A DNA stretch of 64,000 nucleotides from assembly GCA_045533505.1 (NCBI GenBank), contig JAZSHY010000025.1, positions 20,274 to 84,273 on the forward strand, read 5' to 3'. This DNA comes from Eubacteriales bacterium. Lineage in GTDB: Bacteria > Bacillota > Clostridia > Oscillospirales > CAG-272. The notes below the pieces were generated by a model that was given only the letters and a program-made list of their open reading frames with translations, ran no database searches and was not told where the DNA came from. Of this stretch, positions 18,185 to 26,930 are shown one piece after another. The position numbers were made by a program, and so were the translations under genes. Positions within the stretch are counted from its first letter, which is position 1. Every line of letters starts with the position of its first letter.

Positions 18185-21100
18185 TCACAGTCTTCTGCGC
18201 CTAATCAATATAAAGAGGGCAAGCGTAAGGTCTCCGACAACCACGAGGATTGCCAGGCCCGTGACCGTACCGTAGGTGCCGACGGAGTCCTTTTCTGCGT
18301 TCTCATTCTTCTTGCCAAGCTCCTCGCGAAGCTCCGAAAGCTCTTGTCTTAAGGCTGCGGAGGTAGCGTTGTCTCCCGCAAGAATCATGGCAACGATTTC
18401 CGCCTTGGCGGCCTCAACCAAGGCTTCCGTCTCCGCCTTGGTATCCGCGACGGCATCCCCGTACTCGGAAAGAAGTGTTTGCAGCGTATGTATGGCAGCC
18501 TCCGTCTCGGTGAATTTTTGGGCAACGGCTGCCGCATCTGCCTTGCTGCTTATAAGAAGCGCAACGTCTTGCGCAAGCCCTTCAACACGGGTGACAAGTG
18601 CAGCAACAGCTTCGCTGATGGCTGCGTCGGCAGCCTCAATAGCCTGTCTGAGCTCGACCTCAAGCGCCGCATCCCGGATATCGGAATCCTCCTTAGCCTC
18701 AGCAATTTTGCTGCTCAGCTCCTCGATGGCGGCTGCCAATTCCGAAGCATCGGCCTTAGCTGCCAAAAGAGCCGCGAGGTCGCTTTGCGCGCTCTCCAAG
18801 CCGTCAATCCGATTCTTTACAGCAGAGAAATCCTCCGAATAGGAATAGACCGTCAGGTCGGCTGCGACAGGCAGAATTTCAAACAGCATTGCCGCATCCG
18901 CCATGTCACCCGTCATCCTTTCGGGGTAATAGGACACCACAATACCCTCCCGATAAAGCCCCGCCTGCTGCATGTTCACAGAGGGGGCAACCGAGACACA
19001 GAGAGCACCGCATTCAAAAAGCGCGGGCAGAGCCTCCTCTAAGAGGGCTTTCATCTCATCGTTGCTGAGAATACGTCCCGAAAGCTGAATGGCTGTATGC
19101 GTTTGGTTGACGGTGCCGTTGACATCGACTGCCTGCGGCTTGGCAGCAACCGTCAGCCTTGCGGCTGTAACAAACACAAGGGTTGTGTACTCGGTGCGGG
19201 CATAATTGTTGTCCTCCTCGATGATAATCCGCACGACATAGTGCCCCATGGAAACGGGATAATTGTCGGGGGCAAGGAACTCATCGTCATCCGCCGCATG
19301 ACGGTAGAGGACGGTCACCGCGCCCGTAGGGGCAGGCATGCCGTCACCCCCGTGAATAAGAAGGTTTTCGGCGGTCAGAATGACGGGGGACATTGTCATT
19401 TCCGTTGTGAAAATCTTGTCAATCCCCTCCGCCTGCAGCTCACTGTCGGCATCCTGCACCGAGATATCCCCCGTGGCGACAAGCTCAACGGTGGGCTTTT
19501 TCTTGACGATCCTATCGCCCTTTTCAAACTCTACAATCAGCTGCTCAAACAGATAGTCAAGATTCAGGGCTCTCGCAATGTCGGGTGTAATCGGGATATA
19601 GTTGAGTGCTCTCATTTCGTCAAGCGTATACATCGTGTCGCCGATTATAAAACGGAAGGTCACTCCGTCTTCATGGCGTCCGATGCCGCTTGCCGCACCC
19701 GTCCCGTCAAAGCAGGGATACGCCATCTGATACTCCATCATCATGGCAAGGTACTCGCGTATCATTTGCTTGATTTCATCGGTTACGCCCTCGGCAACAA
19801 TCTCCACGTCGTCAACCGTGAAGACCGCGGAGGCGAGGTCATCCCCCTCACCGATGGTTTTGTCCTTTGCCACAACGGTGACACAGGCGGGCAGGACCGT
19901 CATTTTGACAGTTGTCGAGGCAGGCATATAGTCCTCGTCACCCTCAAAATAAATGCGCACCTGATAGGTTCCTGCCTCAAGGGGGGCTTGCTCCACCCAC
20001 TCGTAGTCGATATAATAAAGGAGTGAGAGCTGCTGCAAATAGCCGTTTGCGTCAACCTGAATCAACGAGGTGTCGTACGGGAGCCCCTCTCCCGTAAACA
20101 CCGCTTCCATATCAGAGGCGGTAATGGTCATTTCGCTCTTGACCGTAAGCTGCCCGACGTCGGTGCCGCCCGACGTATCTGCATGAATAATCAAAGGCGT
20201 CACGTTTTCGTCAAGGCTTGCGCTGTCCTCGTCGCTGATTACAGGGACGATGGTATAGGTGCCGGCTGCGGGAGCTGTGGTCACCGGGTTCCCGTCGCCG
20301 TCCAAAAAGCTGAAGGTCAGCCTCCCCTCGCTGATGGCGGCTGCCAGAGCCTCCTTGAAGGAGGACAGTGCCTCCTTAGAGAGTGTGTCGCTTGTTACAA
20401 TCAAATCCTGAATACCAAGCGCAGGCAGGGGATTGCCCGCAGACAGGCTTTGCGATTTCACGGCGATGCTGACGTCAGCCTTACCGATTACAAGCTTTTC
20501 GGGGCACTCCGCAGTGCCTTTATCGTAATTGGCATCCCCCTCATAAACGGCGGTTACCGTATATTCGCCCGCCGCGGTGGGAACCGTTTCGGAGCCGTTA
20601 TACAAATAGGTAACCGAGCCTGTCGGCGCGCCAAGGGCTTCCGTACCGTTTACCGTCGCGCTGAGAATTGGCGTTATCGGCTTGCCTTGATAGGTATAAG
20701 AGTACACGTTTTCCGCGTTCCAGGTGAAGGTAGGCGTTTCCTTGACCGTAAGGTCACCGCCCTCCGCATTCAGCACGAAGATGTAGTTTTCGCTCAGCGC
20801 TTCAACGCCGCCGTCAACCAGCGTAATCGCGTTCTCATATATGCCGGGAACCGAGCTGTCGATGCTGCCATTCGTCACCAAAGAAAGCTTTCCGTAAATG
20901 GTAGCCGTTTTCAGGTCGGATTGATTTCCGCTGACGGTAACGGTGGTGGCGGAAGCCACCGTATCAATCGAACCGCCCTTTACAACGGTTTGAGGCTTGG
21001 GGGTGACGGTAATGGTGGCGGGAGAAAGCCTTACCACCGTTTCGTCCTCCACCGAATAGGTCACTCCGTTTTGGGTGACCGATATCACGCATTTATATCT

Positions 21101-22255
21101 GCCGGCGTCGCTGACACTCTTAAAATAGAGCGTGGATTGAGACCATCTTCCGCTGGCGCTGGATGAAACGTTTTTAGTCGTATTCACCCACTCCCCGGCG
21201 GCTTCGTCATATTTGTACCAGGCAAAGCTGCTTTTGGAAAGGCCAAGCGCATAGCCGGAGGCCCGCAGAGAGTGGTATTGAACACCGTCAAAGCTGTTTT
21301 CGGCCTTAAACGTCCAGTCGTAGGAATCCTCAAAGCTGCAGCTGACGCTCGAACCGAAGGTCCACTGCGCAGTCGCTCTGTAAAGAGTGGCTTCTTCGGG
21401 CGTGAAGGTATCTCCGGGCTTAAAAGCACCCACGGCAACCCATGCTTGGGCATCGACGTCGTATCGGCTCAGCATCCAGTCCACAAACTGATAGCCGTCA
21501 ACCGAATAGGTGTTTTCGGGCAACACGTAGGGGCTGCCGTCAGCCGCAAAGGCTTCGTTGACGGTAGCCGCAGAAAAGCCGTCTGAATACATAACGGCTG
21601 CATAGCCGTCGTTGGGCAGCCACATGGCGTAATATCTGTCGTGCTCCTTAGATTGACGGTGCGTGCAGACAGAGCCGTTCAGATGCGGATTGTTGAACCA
21701 GCCGCCAAAGGTGCAATTCTCCTTGACAAAGTTGGTAGCAAGCACGCCTGCCTCATCGGTCAGGCTGCCGTGGAGCACCCCGCCGTTTGTGTTCGCAACC
21801 GACGCGGTTTTATCAAACGTGCAGCCTCCCCCCTCGTTGCCGCCCTTCAGCAGGGCTTCCAGCGCAGGGTTCGCAAAATATATCACGCAGGTATTTTTCA
21901 TTTCCACAAAAATCGGATTGTTCGGGGAGCCGCTCGCTACGCTTGACAGAGTATACGGCAGATATATCTGCGTAGCGGCAGAGCCGCGGAACGAGGACGA
22001 CTGCAAATAATTAACCGTGTAGGTGAAATCTCCGTTGGTCACGGTCTCGGGCATAATGACGGCACCCACAGTATCCTTACCGCCCGAGCCGGGAACATAG
22101 GCCGTGCCCGTTTTGCTTCCTGCGTCCTCGGTGCTGACGCGATATTTCACTCCGTCATAGTGGAATTCATCTCCCGATGCAGCCAAACCGGTTATTGCCA
22201 AGCTGCCGGCAAGAAGAACCAAAGCCATTACCAAAAAACAAACCTTTTTCTTCAC
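18185..22255 (-). CDS. large cell-surface protein: signal peptide, BspA-like LRR region, Listeria-Bacteroides-type repeats, MBG-like repeats, coiled-coil stalk and C-terminal TM anchor
   Basis: GTG at 22255 with GGGAGA about 9 nt upstream gives MKKKVCFLVMALVLLAGSLA. Repeats include FGGWFNNP and GYQFVDW. A recurring pattern is AG(E/T)Y(T/Q)V...EGD(A/E)(N/D)Y. An Ala/Glu-rich heptad-like stalk ends in GLAILVVVGDLTLALFILIRRRRL. Confidence 0.75.
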   Translation of the reverse strand: MKKKVCFLVMALVLLAGSLAITGLAASGDEFHYDGVKYRVSTEDAGSKTGTAYVPGSGGKDTVGAVIMPETVTNGDFTYTVNYLQSSSFRGSAATQIYLPYTLSSVASGSPNNPIFVEMKNTCVIYFANPALEALLKGGNEGGGCTFDKTASVANTNGGVLHGSLTDEAGVLATNFVKENCTFGGWFNNPHLNGSVCTHRQSKEHDRYYAMWLPNDGYAAVMYSDGFSAATVNEAFAADGSPYVLPENTYSVDGYQFVDWMLSRYDVDAQAWVAVGAFKPGDTFTPEEATLYRATAQWTFGSSVSCSFEDSYDWTFKAENSFDGVQYHSLRASGYALGLSKSSFAWYKYDEAAGEWVNTTKNVSSSASGRWSQSTLYFKSVSDAGRYKCVISVTQNGVTYSVEDETVVRLSPATITVTPKPQTVVKGGSIDTVASATTVTVSGNQSDLKTATIYGKLSLVTNGSIDSSVPGIYENAITLVDGGVEALSENYIFVLNAEGGDLTVKETPTFTWNAENVYSYTYQGKPITPILSATVNGTEALGAPTGSVTYLYNGSETVPTAAGEYTVTAVYEGDANYDKGTAECPEKLVIGKADVSIAVKSQSLSAGNPLPALGIQDLIVTSDTLSKEALSSFKEALAAAISEGRLTFSFLDGDGNPVTTAPAAGTYTIVPVISDEDSASLDENVTPLIIHADTSGGTDVGQLTVKSEMTITASDMEAVFTGEGLPYDTSLIQVDANGYLQQLSLLYYIDYEWVEQAPLEAGTYQVRIYFEGDEDYMPASTTVKMTVLPACVTVVAKDKTIGEGDDLASAVFTVDDVEIVAEGVTDEIKQMIREYLAMMMEYQMAYPCFDGTGAASGIGRHEDGVTFRFIIGDTMYTLDEMRALNYIPITPDIARALNLDYLFEQLIVEFEKGDRIVKKKPTVELVATGDISVQDADSELQAEGIDKIFTTEMTMSPVILTAENLLIHGGDGMPAPTGAVTVLYRHAADDDEFLAPDNYPVSMGHYVVRIIIEEDNNYARTEYTTLVFVTAARLTVAAKPQAVDVNGTVNQTHTAIQLSGRILSNDEMKALLEEALPALFECGALCVSVAPSVNMQQAGLYREGIVVSYYPERMTGDMADAAMLFEILPVAADLTVYSYSEDFSAVKNRIDGLESAQSDLAALLAAKADASELAAAIEELSSKIAEAKEDSDIRDAALEVELRQAIEAADAAISEAVAALVTRVEGLAQDVALLISSKADAAAVAQKFTETEAAIHTLQTLLSEYGDAVADTKAETEALVEAAKAEIVAMILAGDNATSAALRQELSELREELGKKNENAEKDSVGTYGTVTGLAILVVVGDLTLALFILIRRRRL

Positions 22256-22546
22256 CTGGTATACTCTCCCTTGCTTTATACGAATCAATTTAATAAAATC
22301 AATTGTACACTATAACCTCCTGTGATTCAATTCTGCTTCTCCCCGAAAATATCTTCTGTTGATGGCAACGGCTTTGTGCAAGTTCAACAAAGAATGCTTT
22401 ACGCGATAAAAAAAGCCCCGAAGGCATAGGGCTTTCAAGGCTTCTTATTGTGCAGGGAAGGATGCGCCGCGGAGAATTTACGTCCTTGCCGTCGAAGCAT
22501 CTTGGCAACGAGCGCCATAGGCATATAGCCGAGGTCAAGGCAAGTC

Positions 22547-23692
22547 TTACGCCTCAAAAACGGTTTTTCCCCGCTTTATCGTTCTTTGAATACGGAAGTC
22601 CTCGTCTGCAATGATAATGTCGGCGTCATAGCCCGCGAGGAGCGCGCCCTTTCCCTCGGCGCCGATGGCGCGCGCGGGGGCGAGGCTGGCCGCCGCCACC
22701 GCCTCGGGAACGCTGAGCGAAGTGTGCGCGAGGAGATTGCGAACCGCTTCATTGAGAGTGAGCACCGAGCCCGCGATGGTGCCGTCGGCAAGACGGCATT
22801 CGGTGCCCCTTACGAATATCGGCTGACCGCCGAGCTCGTATTCGCCGTCCGGCATGCCGCCCCCTCTTGTGCAGTCGGTGATAAGACAGAGCTTGCGCCC
22901 CTTCTGCCCCGCAACAAGAGAGAAAAGCCCCGGGTGAATGTGGAAGGTGTCGCAGATAAGCTCAACCGAAACATCGGTGGTGAGAGCCGCGCCGACAACA
23001 CCGGGCTCACGGTGGGCAAGCGGCGTCATGGCATTGAAGAGGTGCGTCACGTGGCCGACGCCGTCCCTGACCGCCGAAACCGCCTCCTCGTAGCCCGCAG
23101 CAGTATGCCCCATGGAAAGGAGAATATCGGTCTCGCTCGCTATCCTCTTGATGACGGCATGCCCCTCGTCCATTTCGGGAGCAAGCGTCACAATGCGAAG
23201 AATATCCCTGTTTTCAAGCAGAAGCTCCGCATTTGGCTTCTCAATACATTCCTTCCTCTGCGCGCCCCGCCTTGCGGGGTTAAGGAAGGGCCCCTCCGCA
23301 TGAACGCCGAGTATCTCGGCGCCGCCCCACGTGCGGGACTCCTCCCTCAGCTCCCTTGCCGCAGAGAAGGCAGCCGCAAGCTCCTCCCGCGAGACGGTCA
23401 TGGTTGTCGGGAGGAAGGCGGTCACGCCGTTTTTCACAATGCCGTTTGCGATTTTGCGAAGCCCCTCGGGCCTCCCGTCGGAGGCGTCCTCCCCGAGATA
23501 GCCGTGAATATGAATGTCCACAAGCCCCGGTGCCACATAGCTGCCTGCCGCGTCGATAACGGCGGCACCCTCACACACGGCGTCCTCTATCCCGACGATT
23601 TTGCCGCTTTCACTGTCAAAGGCAAGCAGCCGGCCCTCCACCACCGAATCGGGGAGAACGATTTTGCCGCCTCGTATGTAGGTCATAGCCAT
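22547..23692 (-). CDS. nagA: N-acetylglucosamine-6-phosphate deacetylase
   Basis: PGLVDIHIHGYLGED metal-binding motif and 381 aa of amidohydrolase pattern. Confidence 0.85.
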   Translation of the reverse strand: MAMTYIRGGKIVLPDSVVEGRLLAFDSESGKIVGIEDAVCEGAAVIDAAGSYVAPGLVDIHIHGYLGEDASDGRPEGLRKIANGIVKNGVTAFLPTTMTVSREELAAAFSAARELREESRTWGGAEILGVHAEGPFLNPARRGAQRKECIEKPNAELLLENRDILRIVTLAPEMDEGHAVIKRIASETDILLSMGHTAAGYEEAVSAVRDGVGHVTHLFNAMTPLAHREPGVVGAALTTDVSVELICDTFHIHPGLFSLVAGQKGRKLCLITDCTRGGGMPDGEYELGGQPIFVRGTECRLADGTIAGSVLTLNEAVRNLLAHTSLSVPEAVAAASLAPARAIGAEGKGALLAGYDADIIIADEDFRIQRTIKRGKTVFEA

Positions 23693-23732
23693 TCCGCTTC
23701 ACTCCTTGTTAAAAGCTTACTTTTCCGCTTCT

Positions 23733-23761
23733 ATTATAACACAGGCAACACGCTTTGTCAC
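23733..23761 (-). promoter_or_regulatory. sigma-A type promoter (extended -10) for nagA
   Basis: On the minus strand: GTGACA (23761-23756), 17-nt spacer ending in TGt, then TATAAT (23738-23733). Confidence 0.45.
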
Positions 23762-23816
23762 TACTGTTTTCATAAAAACCCCAAAGTACTCCCTGCCGCC
23801 CCCTCGGAAAGACACA

Positions 23817-23850
23817 AAGGGGAGCACCCCGAAAGAGCTGCTCCCCTTGC
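23817..23850 (-). terminator. terminator at the distal end of the fibre locus
   Basis: The minus strand reads aaggggagcagctctttcggggtgctcccctt followed by a T-rich tract. It lies about 55 nt after the 23905 stop. Confidence 0.5.
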
Positions 23851-23904
23851 CGTGTGCGGGCGGGATACGGCATCGCCCGCTGGCAGACGATACCGTCTGT
23901 TTCT

Positions 23905-24240
23905 CTATTTCTTTTTCGCTTCCTCACGGCTCTGCTCAACCGCGCGGAGAACCTGCTCATCGGTAAGGTCGCTCCCCCATTCCGCGTCCCTTCGCTGCTT
24001 CCTTGCGCATTCGACGCAAACCTGGCCAAGCCCTACCTCATAATTCTCACGCCAATCTATCGGCAGGGAAACGGGAACAGAGGTCATTTTCCCGCACACA
24101 ATGCACCGTTCAAATTTCTCATTGACGGTGGCTCCGCTCAGACTGTGGCTCTCCCCCTCGGAGGGGCGTTGTGCCCTTCTCCTCCGAAAAGCCCAGGATA
24201 TGGCAGCAAGGATACCGCGTTTTTTTCGTTTTCTTGCCAT
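23905..24240 (-). CDS. hypothetical zinc-ribbon protein (CxxC...CxxC), last gene of the fibre locus
   Basis: Basic N-terminus, CIVCGK...CVECARK cysteine pairs, acidic/basic tail. AGGGA RBS. Confidence 0.5.
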   Translation of the reverse strand: MARKRKKRGILAAISWAFRRRRAQRPSEGESHSLSGATVNEKFERCIVCGKMTSVPVSLPIDWRENYEVGLGQVCVECARKQRRDAEWGSDLTDEQVLRAVEQSREEAKKK

Positions 24241-24303
24241 GTAAGTTCCCTTTCAGCGAATGACAGCCATCCCGTACCGAATAAAACGCAAATGCAAACA
24301 ATA

Positions 24304-25728
24304 CTATACTTTTTTGCTGTATGCCATAAGAAAAACAAGCACGGTGCCGCTAACAGCTGTCAGAGAAACCCATAGAACGAGGGTTGTGTTATCGGCAGCT
24401 GCGGGCGCGTCGGGAAGCTCTGCGTCATAGATGTTTTCAAATGTTGCACTCAAGGAATCCGCACTCTCACCGTCCATGGTGAAGGCGGCAATCAATTCGT
24501 TGCTTTCGTTCAGGAGCACGGTAACCGTGATTTCATGCACGTCGTCATCGTACGTCATGCCCGCAAGGCCCTCGTTGATTTCGGAGAGCTCGTAGGTATA
24601 GGTCTTGCCTATGTCTGCCCCTGTAAAGCTCAGAGAGAAGGAGGCCCTGCCATTGCCGTCGGAGGTTGCTGTGAGCCCCTCGGAGGTTGCTGTGTTTTTC
24701 AGCACGAACCGAAAACCGTCCGCCCCGTGTCGGGCCTCGCCTATGCTGTTGACAAGCTTATGAACAAAAATCGGCACGGTAATGGGTTCAGGCTCAATAG
24801 CTTCAGGGGGCAGGAAGGTATTGTTGAATGTGACGAAAACCGCATGCCCCTCCTGTGTTTCGGTTATCTCTGCGTTCTCGGTGCCCGAAACGGTGTTGAC
24901 CTCCAGGCTTCCGTCCATATCCGTGTCGGTCACAAGGACGGTAAAGTGATTGACGGTTTCGTCGCAATCCGCGTCAGACTCTCCGACGACCTCTCTCATG
25001 CGGAAGGTGTAGGTGCCGACCTTGTCAAAGCTTAGCGCCCGAAAAATCTCATTAAAGGAGAACCGATTGAAATCTGCCGCCGCGCCGTAGGTCACGGTCT
25101 GCTCGCCGAGCCTCGTCCAGCTCTCGCCGTCCTTCTGCTCCAACACGAACGTGAAGCTGTCGCCGTCCTGCCAGTCGCGCCCCTCCAGGAGCTTGACGCC
25201 GCCGACGGTGACGCGGCTCGGCTGCACGGCCTCGGGAGAATAGGTGTTCACAAAGGAAACGCTTGCGTCGCCGTCCTCCCCCACCGTTACCGTCCTTTCG
25301 GCCTCGCCCTTCACAGCAAAGCCGTCAAGCGCTGTGGGCTTCTCGGTCACCCGTACAACGGTGCCCTCCGCAAGGCCGAAAAGCCCAAAGGTGACACCCG
25401 GCTTGACGGTAACCGTCAGGGTGCCGCCTTCGTCGGCGGTGAGAGCCCCCGCGGTTGTTTCCAGCCTTGCGCCCGCATAGCGGGCCCCAAGCTCCACTTG
25501 AAAATCAAAGCTGATATTGTCGGGAAGCACATACCCATCCCCAAGCGGATGCTCCACCGTCTTGCAAAGCGAAAGCCTGCCCGCCTCTGCCGTGCCCGGA
25601 ACGAACACACCGGTCAAGGGCTCTGTCTTCGCCACGATGTAGCAATAGGTGGTTCCTATCGTCGATACCATCAGCAAAAAAAGCGACAGCACCATTGCTA
25701 TTCTTCGTATACCTGTTCCTTTTCGCAA
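24304..25728 (-). CDS. pilin-like protein: SipW-type signal peptide, three pilin isopeptide-type (Spy0128/CnaB-like) domains and a C-terminal TM anchor
   Basis: TTG start with GGAGGAGG 8 nt upstream. N-terminus is LLMVSTIGTTYCYIVAKTEPLTGVFVPG. Three repeats each end in F-x-N-x-(Y/F): SFVNTY, TFNNTF, TFENIY. Each has an upstream K and an F-x-F-x-L strand. The C-terminus is LPDAPAAADN, then a 21-aa hydrophobic helix, then KKV. Confidence 0.7.
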   Translation of the reverse strand: MRKGTGIRRIAMVLSLFLLMVSTIGTTYCYIVAKTEPLTGVFVPGTAEAGRLSLCKTVEHPLGDGYVLPDNISFDFQVELGARYAGARLETTAGALTADEGGTLTVTVKPGVTFGLFGLAEGTVVRVTEKPTALDGFAVKGEAERTVTVGEDGDASVSFVNTYSPEAVQPSRVTVGGVKLLEGRDWQDGDSFTFVLEQKDGESWTRLGEQTVTYGAAADFNRFSFNEIFRALSFDKVGTYTFRMREVVGESDADCDETVNHFTVLVTDTDMDGSLEVNTVSGTENAEITETQEGHAVFVTFNNTFLPPEAIEPEPITVPIFVHKLVNSIGEARHGADGFRFVLKNTATSEGLTATSDGNGRASFSLSFTGADIGKTYTYELSEINEGLAGMTYDDDVHEITVTVLLNESNELIAAFTMDGESADSLSATFENIYDAELPDAPAAADNTTLVLWVSLTAVSGTVLVFLMAYSKKV

Positions 25729-25835
25729 AACCTCTGCCTCCTCCTATCTCGTGAATAAGGCTCGCCGCCATCGGAAGCCGCGTGCCGCAAAGCCTTGCCT
25801 TTACCCCTGTGATTGTCGATGGGGGTGTCACTCGC

Positions 25836-26555
25836 TTATTTCCACGGACAGCCCACACGGCTAAAGGCACCGCTGTCGCTCACTGTCTGACTGTGGACCA
25901 GAATCTCGTATTTCCCATCGCCGTTGCCGTAAAGCCGATTGACGACATCGCGGGAAACGCTGCTTCTCAGCAAAATCTGAAGAAGGCAGGGGGGCGTTGT
26001 TTCGCCCGCGTTCAGCTCTTCGTTATACTCTGCGCAGACAACGGCGTATTTTGTGTCCCCGATTTTCACTCCCCACTCAAGCTCGCTCCATGTCCAGTCG
26101 GTGGAATTTCGGTTAAGAAGAACCGCCCTCCTGAATTCCTCCTCGGAGAGCTCGCCCATTTCGAAGGCAAACCACGTGCGGATATAGCCGCCCGTATTGC
26201 CTGTATTGGTAACGGCAACAATATGGTCCCGTGCATTCTTGACGGTATACATTTCCTCCCGCGAAGAAAGCGAGGTCTTAACCGTACGGTTCCCGTTGTC
26301 GGTCACCGAGAGCTCCGCCGCAAGCAGCATACTCTCCGGCTTTGGATTTTCTTCTGTTATCGGAAGCAGCATGGGCACCTCCGAGACAGGGCGCAGCCCT
26401 GTGCCGTCACGCTCCAGCTCAGACTGAACGATGGATAAGTACGGCGTGCCGGCGCGGAGGTCGCCGAGCGAGCCGTAAACCGCAACCACGGTCAGCAGTG
26501 CCAAAAGCGCGGTTATTCCCATCCATTTAATGACATTCAACACGTCATCTCCCAT
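25836..26555 (-). CDS. TasA/camelysin-like protein with an atypical N-terminus
   Basis: The core VTNTGNTGGYIRTWFAFE parallels VENTGKTDAYVRTIIAFE and VENTGKSDAYYRTLIALE in the two large paralogues. The C-terminus YEILVHSQTVS parallels YDILVASQAIQ. The ATG overlaps the upstream stop (TGATG). Confidence 0.65.
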   Translation of the reverse strand: MGDDVLNVIKWMGITALLALLTVVAVYGSLGDLRAGTPYLSIVQSELERDGTGLRPVSEVPMLLPITEENPKPESMLLAAELSVTDNGNRTVKTSLSSREEMYTVKNARDHIVAVTNTGNTGGYIRTWFAFEMGELSEEEFRRAVLLNRNSTDWTWSELEWGVKIGDTKYAVVCAEYNEELNAGETTPPCLLQILLRSSVSRDVVNRLYGNGDGKYEILVHSQTVSDSGAFSRVGCPWK

Positions 26556-26782
26556 CAATCGTGATTCTCATAGCGGATAAACGGTATGACGGAGAGCCAC
26601 AAGCGCCGCCTCCGGCGCCTCCAATAGCGCTGCGTACTGCCGCCTGTTCTGCCGATTTCACTGTTCAGGTATCTCAGCTCACTGCGGAAGCCGTGCAGCC
26701 AATACACAAAGGCAGCCAAAAAGCCAAAGCCCATCGCGGCAACGAGCAATCCAACCAATATCCAAAATCCCGTATCTTCCAT
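26555..26782 (-). CDS. small single-pass membrane protein with an Arg-rich tail
   Basis: 75 aa. FWILVGLLVAAMGFGFLAAFVYWL is a TM helix, followed by RYWRRRRRRLW. The gene is translationally coupled to the downstream gene. Its RBS is weak. Confidence 0.45.
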   Translation of the reverse strand: MEDTGFWILVGLLVAAMGFGFLAAFVYWLHGFRSELRYLNSEIGRTGGSTQRYWRRRRRRLWLSVIPFIRYENHD

Positions 26783-26826
26783 TTACCGAGGTCTCTCTTT
26801 TCTTATCAAAGGGGAATTGCCTTTCG

Positions 26827-26896
26827 GCAAGCAAGTGACACAAGGCGCGCTTATGCCCCTTGCTTGCCGCCCATCTCCACGAGGGGAGATGGGCGG
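26827..26896 (-). other. structured intergenic element inside the fibre operon (two adjacent strong hairpins, no T-tract)
   Basis: Stem ggcaagcaag (26827-26836) pairs with cttgcttgcc (26859-26868). Stem ccgcccatctcc (26867-26878) pairs with ggagatgggcgg (26885-26896). Confidence 0.4.
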
Positions 26897-26930
26897 AGCC
26901 TGCTTGGCTTACCTGCTCAAGCAGAACGGG

